A stretch of 64,000 bases of DNA from NCBI GenBank assembly GCA_003507445.1, contig DNVR01000009.1:2485-66484 (forward strand), given 5' to 3'. Of this stretch, positions 29,722 through 38,111 are shown in pieces. The first letter of the stretch is position 1. Each line of letters opens with the position of its first letter. The DNA comes from Candidatus Moraniibacteriota bacterium. GTDB taxonomy: Bacteria > Patescibacteriota > Minisyncoccia > Moranbacterales > GWC2-37-73. Both the position numbers and the translations under genes were made by a program. The notes under the pieces are model-generated. The model was not told the origin of the DNA, did no database searches, and saw nothing but the letters and a program-made list of their open reading frames with translations.

Positions 29722-30438
29722 CTAGGGGTTATCATAGATTTCCTGCACGTCGTCGTTCTCGTCTAATTTTTCTAAAAGTTTTTCGTAGTCAATTTTTGAC
29801 TCAGGATCGAGCTGCGTTTTTTGAATCGGAGCATAGACAAGTTCGGCGCCTTCAACTGAAAGTCCGGCTTTGTCCAAATTTTCTTTAACTTTCTGCAAAT
29901 CTTCTATTTTTGTATAAACAATCACAATATCATCTTCATACAAAGTGTCTTCTGCGCCAGCTTCAATGGCTGCCATTTCAACTTCATATGGATCCTTGTC
30001 GCCAACTGCAACCGCAATGTTGCCGACGAGTTTAAACATAAACTTCACGCCACCTTCAGAAGCAGGTTTGCCACCAGCTTTTGTCAAAATACTGCGAATC
30101 TCACTTCCGGTTCTATTTCTATTATCCGTAGCAGTCTTGATAAGCATTGCCACATTTCCAGGGCCATAACCTTCGTATACAATTTCTTCAATTTCAACTC
30201 CGTCTTTCAATTCTCCTGTACCTTTCTTGATGGCACGTTCAATTGTGTCTTTTGGCATATTTTCAAACCTTGCTCGATCAATTGCCATTTGCAATTTGAA
30301 ATTCATCTCTGGTTTGCCACCACCTTCTTTGGCCGCAATCGTAATAAGACGCCCATATTTTGTAAAAACATTAGCCCTCTTGGCATCATTAACGCCTTTT
30401 CTTTGTTTTATTCCCGCCCAATGTGAATGTCCACTCAT
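29722..30438 (-). CDS. yebC: YebC/PmpR family DNA-binding regulator
   Basis: MSGHSHWAGIKQRKG...; conserved yebC-ruvC arrangement. Confidence 0.85.
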   Translation of the reverse strand: MSGHSHWAGIKQRKGVNDAKRANVFTKYGRLITIAAKEGGGKPEMNFKLQMAIDRARFENMPKDTIERAIKKGTGELKDGVEIEEIVYEGYGPGNVAMLIKTATDNRNRTGSEIRSILTKAGGKPASEGGVKFMFKLVGNIAVAVGDKDPYEVEMAAIEAGAEDTLYEDDIVIVYTKIEDLQKVKENLDKAGLSVEGAELVYAPIQKTQLDPESKIDYEKLLEKLDENDDVQEIYDNP

Positions 30439-30580
30439 AATGTTCATGAAACATATAGCATAAAGCATGTAGCAAAATTCAAATTCACATATTAATGCCG
30501 CTCTTTATGTTACATGTTATATGTTACATGTTATATGGTTAAGTCTACCACCCTAAACCACTCATTTCAAGCCGCAACCT

Positions 30581-30609
30581 TTGACAATAACCCTTTTCCA
30601 AATTACGAT
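30581..30609 (+). promoter_or_regulatory. Sigma-70-like promoter (TTGACA-17-TACGAT)
   Basis: ttgacaataacccttttccaaattacgat ~50 nt upstream of the 30662 ORF, which has RBS AAGGGAGG. Confidence 0.4.
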
Positions 30610-30661
30610 GGACATATCAAACTTGTTATTAATATAAACTAAATACAAAGGGAGGTTCGCA

Positions 30662-30859
30662 ATGTCTTTAAAATCATTTCTTTTGGGATTTTTAACACAA
30701 ACGAGCTATGTCTGCAAAAGTGAACGTGGGGGTGAACGGTGTGGCAAAATTATTCTTGCCTACTTTAAACCCACCGAATGCCCTCGTTGCAAAGCTCCAA
30801 GCAGTTACCTTGAAGAATCTCCCACCAAGGTTCATCCTATAAAAAGAAGAAGTGTTTGA
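30662..30859 (+). CDS. Small Cys4 (zinc-ribbon-like) protein, 65 aa
   Basis: Strong RBS AAGGGAGG 7 nt upstream; C..C...CPRC pattern. Confidence 0.45.
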   Translation: MSLKSFLLGFLTQTSYVCKSERGGERCGKIILAYFKPTECPRCKAPSSYLEESPTKVHPIKRRSV

Positions 30860-30922
30860 ACTAAAAAATCTTATCCATTAGGCGCTGGAATCCTCCATCG
30901 CCTTTTTTATTTCTACGCTTTT

Positions 30923-31669
30923 TCATTTAACCTTAACCTCCGGTAGCAAATCCCAGATGAGTTGGAAAATGAGTTTCATTGTTTTGTGAATTTCTTCTCC
31001 TTCAATAATAAGTCCGATTTCTTCTTTGGCTGACATTAAGGCGACTTTTTGATGACCGTAAACATTAATTTCAATTGAAAAGGGATATTTTTTATGATCA
31101 ATAACCTTGGTTATACGAAGTTGCTCCAAGTCCTTGGAAATAAAATTTTCTTTAAGCATTTCTGTCCCAGGAACAATACCTTTTGCCCAAATTCCATTCT
31201 TTTTTCTTTTTGCCAAATATTCCATCGCCCAATCCATCCCCAAAACTTTCATAATGTCATCAGAAGCAAACCCCAATATTTCTGTTTTATATTTCAAGGT
31301 GTCTTCATACACTTCTTTCAATCCTTCTTTTCCTTCATAAAATCTAATCTTTGGCTTTGCACCACGCACATTATGAATTGATTGCAATTGTGGCAAAATT
31401 TCCGAAAACAATCTTTCCTTGTTTTTCAAGTTTCTTTGAATCTTTTCCGGATCCTCTCCCACAAACAAACGCTTCTTTCCTTTGGAGGTTTCAGAAATCA
31501 AACCTTCTTTTTCCAAATCCATCAAAATGTCATAGCAAGTCGTCCTTTTGATGCCTGCTTTTTTCGAAATTTCAATCACACTCGAACTTCCCAACTCCAA
31601 AGCAGCCAGATACGCATCCGCCTTTTTCCCTTCCAGCCCCAATTGTTCCAATATTTGCCTTATATCCAT
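30923..31669 (-). CDS. TrmB-like HTH transcriptional regulator
   Basis: N-terminal wHTH (AYLAALELGSSSVIEISKKAGIKRTTCYDILMDLEKEGLI); paralog at 48727-49533. Confidence 0.65.
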   Translation of the reverse strand: MDIRQILEQLGLEGKKADAYLAALELGSSSVIEISKKAGIKRTTCYDILMDLEKEGLISETSKGKKRLFVGEDPEKIQRNLKNKERLFSEILPQLQSIHNVRGAKPKIRFYEGKEGLKEVYEDTLKYKTEILGFASDDIMKVLGMDWAMEYLAKRKKNGIWAKGIVPGTEMLKENFISKDLEQLRITKVIDHKKYPFSIEINVYGHQKVALMSAKEEIGLIIEGEEIHKTMKLIFQLIWDLLPEVKVK

Positions 31670-31680
31670 ACCTCTTAATG

Positions 31681-31786
31681 TGCCATCCTGAGCGAATCCG
31701 CCAGCAGGCGGAGAAGTCGAAGGATCCCGAACTAAATCTCGCTATCCGTAATTTTACGGGATTCTTCACTACGTTCAGAATGACGA
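31681..31786. repeat. Hairpin-rich element (GCCATCCTGA...TCAGAATGACG ends; internal CCGCCAGCAGGCGG and CCGTAATTTTACGG hairpins)
   Basis: Same terminal family as 17584-17707 / 20083-20169. Confidence 0.4.
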
Positions 31787-32062
31787 ATTTTAATATTGCT
31801 ATATGCTTTATGTCTTATGCTATATGAAATTTGTCGACATTTATCGTCAACATATATAGTATACCATACTGACATTATTTGTCAATATTTGGCTTAATTT
31901 AAGCAATTTATTATTTTCTGCTCTCTGATGTTCTTGAATATTTGACGTTTATTATTGACATTTTACCATTTTTGGAATATCATACGTTGTTACGATGAAT
32001 TACCAAGCAAGACATCACAACAAGTACTTTCAAAAAATTCACATGCAAAGGAGTTTACCCTC

Positions 32063-32494
32063 ATGCAAGATCTCATTTACGAGTTTTTAAAAATTTCAGC
32101 TAAGAGAGCCTGTTTTTTTGTTTTACCTAGCGAGGAAGAAGGATCTGGATGCATAGAAGTATTTTCAGATTCCAAGACAGTAACTATAAAACCATTACAA
32201 ATAATTCTGCAAACTAGCGAAGAGAACTCGGTGAGAAGTTACATACATCTCTTAGATGCTGGATTTGAAATTCTTCATCCAATTGTACTCCTAAACCTTT
32301 TGATGTTAAACCAAATGCCGAAGGAATGGCGTGATATGCACATAGATTTTATTGGTGCGTGGTTTTACAGGCCAAAATATGGTCTTCTGACTATATCAGT
32401 AGATTGGTTTATGAATGATTGGGTCATTCATTATGACAGGTTGAGCGACGATAGAAAAAATAGAGTGGTGGCAACTGCGACACTAACTAATTAA
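32063..32494 (+). CDS. Hypothetical protein (143 aa)
   Basis: RBS AAGGAG 8 nt upstream of ATG 32063; the longer 31955 start is unlikely. Confidence 0.5.
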   Translation: MQDLIYEFLKISAKRACFFVLPSEEEGSGCIEVFSDSKTVTIKPLQIILQTSEENSVRSYIHLLDAGFEILHPIVLLNLLMLNQMPKEWRDMHIDFIGAWFYRPKYGLLTISVDWFMNDWVIHYDRLSDDRKNRVVATATLTN

Positions 32495-32607
32495 TTTATG
32501 GCAAGGGAAAGAATCTTTTCCCTTGCCTCTCTCATTGAGCCCATCATTGTGGTGGATTCATAGGAGAAAAAGTTATTTTACAACAAAATATATAAAAGGA
32601 GATTGCT

Positions 32608-32943
32608 ATGAAAATCTATAACGTACTAACACAAGTTGTCATTAGACAATTAGATGAAAAATCAGAAAAGTATTCGGAATGGGAGAGTTGTTTTATCCAT
32701 ATTCCAATACCTTTCATTCCTTATTTACTAGAAGGAAGGCATATGCATCTTTATCTTTGTGATTCCAGTGGCAAAGAAATTGAATTGCCTTTCACTCCGG
32801 AAGAAGTGAGCTGGACATCTAATGGTACTAAAGAGGGACTATGGAGTATGTATATGACTATGGATGTGCGCACTTATAAAGATGAGTGTAAATACCTTAT
32901 AGGACTATTCAAAAATGATACCAGATATAAGAAAATTGCCTAA
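32608..32943 (+). CDS. Hypothetical protein (111 aa)
   Basis: RBS AAAAGGAGA upstream; followed by a strong terminator. Confidence 0.55.
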   Translation: MKIYNVLTQVVIRQLDEKSEKYSEWESCFIHIPIPFIPYLLEGRHMHLYLCDSSGKEIELPFTPEEVSWTSNGTKEGLWSMYMTMDVRTYKDECKYLIGLFKNDTRYKKIA

Positions 32944-32996
32944 CCATATAAAAAATTCGGGGCGTGTACTTCCTTTTGTGCATTTAACAATTCATC

Positions 32997-33028
32997 GACC
33001 ATCGCAAACTTGCGATGGTCTTTTTTTA
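32997..33028 (+). terminator. Rho-independent terminator (GACCATCGCAA-act-TTGCGATGGTC + T7)
   Basis: Perfect 11-bp stem followed by ttttttt. Confidence 0.65.
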
Positions 33029-33038
33029 TTTCTTTACA

Positions 33039-35087
33039 TTATAAAGTAGCATGGTAAAAGAAGTTTAGAAGATTATTTAATTGCAAATTTAGGCCTGAAA
33101 AAATATTTTTCAAAAACACACTTGCGTAATGTTCTTTTTCTTGAATTTGCGGAGTGAAAAAATATATTCCATCAACTTCCCGCACAGTTCCAGAGCCAAG
33201 AACCCGAGGAGTGGTTTTCAATAATTCAATTTCTACATCCTCACCACCACTTACTAATAATTTATTTTCCTCCAAAGCTTTCTTCAAATTCCCCTTCTCC
33301 CCTTGGGAGAAGGTGCCCATGTAATCATGGGCGGATGAGGGCGCATTGTTTTGATTATTTGAATTTGTATCTTGATTATTATTTGTCTCTTGTTGCTTGG
33401 TTATTGTTTCTTGTCTGCCAGCTGTCGGATTGTTTGTATCTTGCCCGCCTCGCGTCGACCCGCTTCGACTTGATGAATTATCTTGTTGAATCGAGGCGAG
33501 CGAGCGATCGTCTTCTCGAGTCGAGGCGGGTTTTTTGATTATTGTATCTTGCTTGGGCTTCGCCCAAGCCCATCCTCCTTTAACTTTTTGATATACTTCT
33601 CCATCCGCAATAGATTTATTGGGATATTTGTATTTCACTTCGTGCGCAACTTTTCCGTCGGGATATCTGAGTTGAATTTTAGACTTGGTGTTGTTAAGTG
33701 TGAAACTTGAAACAACACTGGTAATTTCCTTGGATTTATTTTTCTTAATGATTACATCCTCCCTGATTGGATGATTGATAAAATCTTTCCAGCCAGTTGC
33801 GATGCTCCAACCATTTAAGTTAATTTTATTTTTTGATTTGTTTTGCACAGTAATATGTTCAACTCCTGTGTCAGCGCCAGCAGGATTTGCATTTATAGCA
33901 ATGATTTTTACTTCCAGATGTGGAAATTTTTTAACTTCCACAACAAAATTTTGCAAAACATCTTCACTGCCATCAGACAATTTCACTGAGCCATTATATG
34001 TTCCAACATTTTCATATTTGTGTCTGGTTTTTGCCAAAGAACTCTTGTGTCCATCTCCAAAATCCCAACTTATTTTTATTTTATCGCCATCTCTGTCACC
34101 GCTTGAGACAGAAAAATCAGCATAAACATTAACAAAAACGTCTTCATCGATTTTTATTTTTCCATACGGCTGACTGTTAAAAACATTTTTCTTTCCTTCA
34201 GTCAAAAATTGACTCCAAGACCAGGCGCTTCCATTAAAATTATACGAACGTCCTTTTTTCGCGCTGCCTTCATAACTAACACTAGCAACAGGAACCGCAT
34301 CAGTAGGGTTATATAGCCCAAGAAATTCTCCTTGTGTGTCATTAAGCGCCAATGTGCATTTTTTCTCAGCATTATTTTTTATAACCAAAAATTTTGAGAT
34401 TACGGGATCAATAATTTCACCAGTCAAAGCGCAATTTTTTCCTGCTCTGTCTTTCAAATACCAACCTTCCAAATTTTCAATCTTATCACTTGAACTATAC
34501 AGTTCCACAAATTCTTCCAGCCCAGAGTTTTTCAAAGGAGCAGGAAAAATTTCATTGATAATTATTTTATCTGAATATATTTCTGGTGTATCAATAATTT
34601 CATCCTCTTCATCCTCTTCTTCCTCATCTTCTTTTTTATTTTCTCTATTTGGAGTTTTTTCCATCCAATCCCAATCAGTTCCATTAAAACTGTACGAGTT
34701 ACTTTTATTAGAACTTTTAATATATTCTTTTCTTTGAACTTCCAAATTATCTGCGTCGTATAATTTTACTAAATCTCCATCATCATTAAGGTATAAGTTC
34801 CCGCTGATAATCGCATATCCACCAGCTGTTATTTCAACATTTTCAAAATATTTTCGATGCTTATTACTATCGGCGCTACCTAACTCATCAGAAATGCTCC
34901 ACTTATTCAAGCTACACTTTTTAATACCTGTGTTATAAAGCTCAACAAACTCCTCAGTAAAAGGAAAGATTTCTGATAAAATAACTTCATTTTTACATAC
35001 CAGCACCACATCTTCCTGCCCTACAACCATTGCAGAAGGAACAAAAAGCACCACGAAGAGTAGCACTAATAGTGTTTTTATCCCCAC
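33039..35087 (-). CDS. Secreted multi-domain surface protein: signal peptide, 3 lamin-tail (LTD) domains, PKD-like domain, Ser/Thr/Asn/Gln-rich linker
   Basis: LTD-like repeats (EIFPFTEEFVELYNTG; NEIFPAPLKNSGLEEFVELY; IIAINANPAGADTGVEHITVQN...LNGWSI); PKD-like ISWDFGDGH; probable GTG start 35087 giving MGIKTLLVLLFVVLFVPSAMVVGQ signal peptide (the ORF track extends to 35333). Confidence 0.6.
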   Translation of the reverse strand: MGIKTLLVLLFVVLFVPSAMVVGQEDVVLVCKNEVILSEIFPFTEEFVELYNTGIKKCSLNKWSISDELGSADSNKHRKYFENVEITAGGYAIISGNLYLNDDGDLVKLYDADNLEVQRKEYIKSSNKSNSYSFNGTDWDWMEKTPNRENKKEDEEEEDEEDEIIDTPEIYSDKIIINEIFPAPLKNSGLEEFVELYSSSDKIENLEGWYLKDRAGKNCALTGEIIDPVISKFLVIKNNAEKKCTLALNDTQGEFLGLYNPTDAVPVASVSYEGSAKKGRSYNFNGSAWSWSQFLTEGKKNVFNSQPYGKIKIDEDVFVNVYADFSVSSGDRDGDKIKISWDFGDGHKSSLAKTRHKYENVGTYNGSVKLSDGSEDVLQNFVVEVKKFPHLEVKIIAINANPAGADTGVEHITVQNKSKNKINLNGWSIATGWKDFINHPIREDVIIKKNKSKEITSVVSSFTLNNTKSKIQLRYPDGKVAHEVKYKYPNKSIADGEVYQKVKGGWAWAKPKQDTIIKKPASTREDDRSLASIQQDNSSSRSGSTRGGQDTNNPTAGRQETITKQQETNNNQDTNSNNQNNAPSSAHDYMGTFSQGEKGNLKKALEENKLLVSGGEDVEIELLKTTPRVLGSGTVREVDGIYFFTPQIQEKEHYASVFLKNIFSGLNLQLNNLLNFFYHATL

Positions 35088-35232
35088 ACTTATTTTGGTT
35101 TTATTAAAAATTATAAAAAATAAACTTATTATAATTGATAAACAAAATAAAAAAACATCACACATAAGTGTGGGGGTGATTTTGAATGATTTTTTAATCC
35201 GTAACTGAAAAAAGTCACGGACTTTATGCTTG

Positions 35233-35290
35233 CCCTGTGAAATAATTTTGCTTTTGGCAAAATTCCTGGCACACAGGATTTCACAGGGTG
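35233..35290. repeat. Short inverted-repeat element D (CCCTGTGAAATAATTTTG ... ATTTCACAGGGTGAAT)
   Basis: Arms related to ACCCTGTTAAATAA family; internal TTTTGGCAAAA palindrome. Confidence 0.4.
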
Positions 35291-35339
35291 AATGTTTTTG
35301 TTTCACCCGAATTTTGCCCCCCATCTTGAACAATAAAAA

Positions 35340-35918
35340 CTATTCTTCTAATTTTTCCTTTAACATTTCTCCAAAATTTTCTGTTTTCTTGGTTTCAGCT
35401 TTTTTCTGGAGCTCCATAATAATATTTTTCACGTGATATGGATCTGACACTGTACGAAAAACAAATTCACTTTCTTCTCCAGCGGTTTGCACTCTTACAT
35501 CACCATAATTGATAACTGTTGGCAAAAATCCAACCACTTCAGTAGTAATATCTTGAATTTTTGCAAATCTAAGCTCACTAACACTGCGAGTGAACATCCC
35601 TTTTTGCTCAATATTTATAATTCTTTCAGTTGTGATGATCCAAATGTCAAAATAATAATCCACCCAAATCAAAAAAGAATAGATCCAAAGAGCCAGGACA
35701 AAAAAGTTTTCCATAAACGCAACTACTGGCTTATATTGCCCCTTAAACATTTCTGGAAAAAATACTGGCGCCCAGGAAAGACCAGCCATAAAAATTCCAC
35801 CAATTAAAAACACGAGAAAAAATTGCTGCAATAAATAAAACCAATTGCGATGAAGAACTTTCACGATAGACTCCGTGCCATTAAGATCTTTGAAATGATA
35901 TTTTGAAAATCCATCCAT
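35340..35918 (-). CDS. Membrane protein with bacterial PH (bPH_2/YdbT-like) domain
   Basis: 192 aa; two TM helices then PH-like region (FTRSVSELRFAKIQDITTEVVGFLPTVINYGDVRVQTAG). Confidence 0.6.
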   Translation of the reverse strand: MDGFSKYHFKDLNGTESIVKVLHRNWFYLLQQFFLVFLIGGIFMAGLSWAPVFFPEMFKGQYKPVVAFMENFFVLALWIYSFLIWVDYYFDIWIITTERIINIEQKGMFTRSVSELRFAKIQDITTEVVGFLPTVINYGDVRVQTAGEESEFVFRTVSDPYHVKNIIMELQKKAETKKTENFGEMLKEKLEE

Positions 35919-35949
35919 AAAAAGTTTTCTTTTTTGGAATAATTATTTA

Positions 35950-36171
35950 TTAAATGATCCCAGCAAAAAGCTGCTTTAAATTAATAGCAGTGAACAGCAC
36001 AAAATTAGTAAACAAAAGCACGCCAACCACTGGCACAAATATTACAAGCATTAGCAATCGTGAAAGAAAAGAGTATGAATAAAAAACAATATGAAAAATA
36101 ATAAAAATGCTCATCAAGAACATCGTGAAGAAAACGAGATAATACAAAATTTGAAAAATTGGAACTAGCAT
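35950..36171 (-). CDS. Possible small 2-TM membrane protein (73 aa)
   Basis: ORF only, no RBS seen. Confidence 0.25.
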   Translation of the reverse strand: MLVPIFQILYYLVFFTMFLMSIFIIFHIVFYSYSFLSRLLMLVIFVPVVGVLLFTNFVLFTAINLKQLFAGII

Positions 36172-36399
36172 TTCTTTTAAATCATAATAAACTTCTGAAG
36201 AATAAAATTTTTAAAAAATACTTTTTGATTGAGTAAGCCTTTATTTTTTCTACAATTTTCCTGTGATTGTGTCGATTGAGGGAAAATTTTAGATAAAAAA
36301 TAAAGAGCGTCGAGAGGATTTTTTCAAAAATTTTAATTCTGAAGATGTTTATCTATTTTTTTATTTTTATTTCTTATTTTTATTATACCACAAAAAAGT

Positions 36400-37410
36400 C
36401 TAAACCAATTTTCTTTGGCTGTCTTCTGGCATATCAATTCCCATATGAGCATAACCGTGCTCGGTTACCATTCTTCCGCGCGGAGTTCTTGTCAAAAAGC
36501 CTAATTGAATTAAAAATGGTTCGTACACATCTTCAATTGTTTCAACTTCTTCCGAAGTGGCAGCAGCAATAGTGGAAATTCCAACTGGTCCGCCATTAAA
36601 TTTTTTGATAATGGTTTCCAAAATGAAACGATCTGTCGGTTCAAGCCCAAGCTGATCGACATCCATCATATCAAGCGCCTTCCTGGCAATTGCACTATCA
36701 ATTGTCTGGTGGTCATTGATTTGAGCATAATCCCTAACACGCTTAATAATTCTGTTTCCGACGCGAGGAGTTTTTCTGCTTGAAACCGCAATTTCTTTTG
36801 CTCCACTGTCCTCAAGCGGTATCCCCAGAATTTTACCAGAGCGATGAATGATGCTTTTCATCTCGTCTTCATTATAAAATTCCAAACGATGAATTGCACC
36901 GAAACGATTTCGCAGCGGATTAGAAAGTGCTCCTAATCTTGTCGTAGCTCCAATAAGCGTGAATTTGGGCAAATCAAGTTGCAGTGTTCGAGCCGATGGC
37001 CCTTTTCCAATAATCACATCCAACTTATAATCTTCCATGGCAGGATACAAAACTTCTTCAATCAATTTGTTGAGCCTGTGAATTTCATCAATAAAAAGCA
37101 CGTCGCCATCTTGCAGGTTGGTCAAAATTGAGCCAAGATCACCCACTCTTTCGATTGCAGGACCAGAAGTCACTTTAATATTAACACCCATCTCGTTTGC
37201 AATAATATGCGCCAAGGTTGTTTTTCCAAGCCCGGCTGGACCATACAAAAGCACGTGTTCGATTGATTCTCCTCGTTTTTTGGCAGCATCAATAAACATC
37301 TGCAAATTTTTGCGGATTTTTTGTTGGCCGACATATTCACTCAGACGCTGTGGTCTTAGTGTTACATCCAAAACAACGTCATCTTCTTGTTCTTCTGAGG
37401 TGGTAATCAT
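36400..37410 (-). CDS. ruvB: Holliday junction DNA helicase RuvB
   Basis: LLYGPAGLGKTTLA Walker A, DVLFIDEIHRL Walker B, RuvB C-terminal region; start ambiguous (37410/37422/37452). Confidence 0.9.
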   Translation of the reverse strand: MITTSEEQEDDVVLDVTLRPQRLSEYVGQQKIRKNLQMFIDAAKKRGESIEHVLLYGPAGLGKTTLAHIIANEMGVNIKVTSGPAIERVGDLGSILTNLQDGDVLFIDEIHRLNKLIEEVLYPAMEDYKLDVIIGKGPSARTLQLDLPKFTLIGATTRLGALSNPLRNRFGAIHRLEFYNEDEMKSIIHRSGKILGIPLEDSGAKEIAVSSRKTPRVGNRIIKRVRDYAQINDHQTIDSAIARKALDMMDVDQLGLEPTDRFILETIIKKFNGGPVGISTIAAATSEEVETIEDVYEPFLIQLGFLTRTPRGRMVTEHGYAHMGIDMPEDSQRKLV

Positions 37411-37676
37411 TTCATGGAGCATGAAACATAAATCATGGAACAAAAATTCCACAAAATGTTCCTAAAAAATTCATTCTAAACCTTTTCATATATGTTAAGC
37501 CAAATTTATCAAAAAAGCTAGTGATATTAAAATGGAAAAACTGAAACAAATGGACCATTTCGGCGTATTATCTATTGCAAGCAGTAATGAGGCTTTTATT
37601 TTTTGTGCATTTATAAATATTTTGGCTTTTTTAGCTGTTTTGTGCCATATTTCTGTTTGTTTTCTAGTATCACTTG

Positions 37677-37777
37677 ACCCCGTTAGAAATTTCAAAAGTA
37701 AAAACAATAATTTGTTGATTTAGAGCCACAAAATGTAAACTTTGGATTGATAATACTGGTGAAATTTCTAACGGGGT
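37677..37777. repeat. 17-bp perfect inverted repeat ACCCCGTTAGAAATTTC / GAAATTTCTAACGGGGT flanking a 67-nt AT-rich loop
   Basis: Read directly; right arm abuts a TTGACA -35 box. Confidence 0.7.
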
Positions 37778-37811
37778 TGACAAGAAAACAAAGCTGTGCT
37801 AAGCTGAACAA

Positions 37812-38053
37812 TCAAGTGAGAAAGTATTATTGTTTTCATTAACCTGTAGACAGTTGGTGACTTCTATCTTTTGTCATCAATATCGGTTGCTTTTTTGTCC
37901 AGATCTGGGTAGGGCGGTTTCGGCGGCCCTGCACCTCGACACTGCAACTTCCCCGGGGGATCTATCTCCCGGGATATGTCTACAGATTAATGAACACAAG
38001 TTGCACTTGTTACCGAAAAAAACCTTCAAGCTTAGCGCTAGAAGGTTTTTTTG
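37812..38053 (+). ncRNA. Candidate structured small RNA (unassigned family)
   Basis: Promoter TTGACA(37777)-17-TAAGCT(37800); locally GC-rich segment with long-range pairing CTGTAGACAG(37847)/TGTCTACAG(37978) and CCCGGG stems; ends at hairpin terminator 38021-38052; no ORF with RBS. Confidence 0.3.
38014..38053. terminator. Bidirectional rho-independent terminator (AACCTTC...GAAGGTT flanked by A8 / T7)
   Basis: aaaaaaaAACCTTCaagcttagcgctaGAAGGTTttttttt; downstream of pilB stop on minus strand. Confidence 0.65.
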
Positions 38054-38111
38054 TTGTTTATTTTTTGCATTTGTATTTTCTAGAACCTAGTACCTAAAAC
38101 CTAAAACCTAT

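Noticed and set aside
35088-35333. Extended N-terminus of the LTD protein starting at ATG 35333
   Set aside because: Extension is translated from repeat element D and lacks a signal peptide; GTG 35087 gives a canonical signal peptide.
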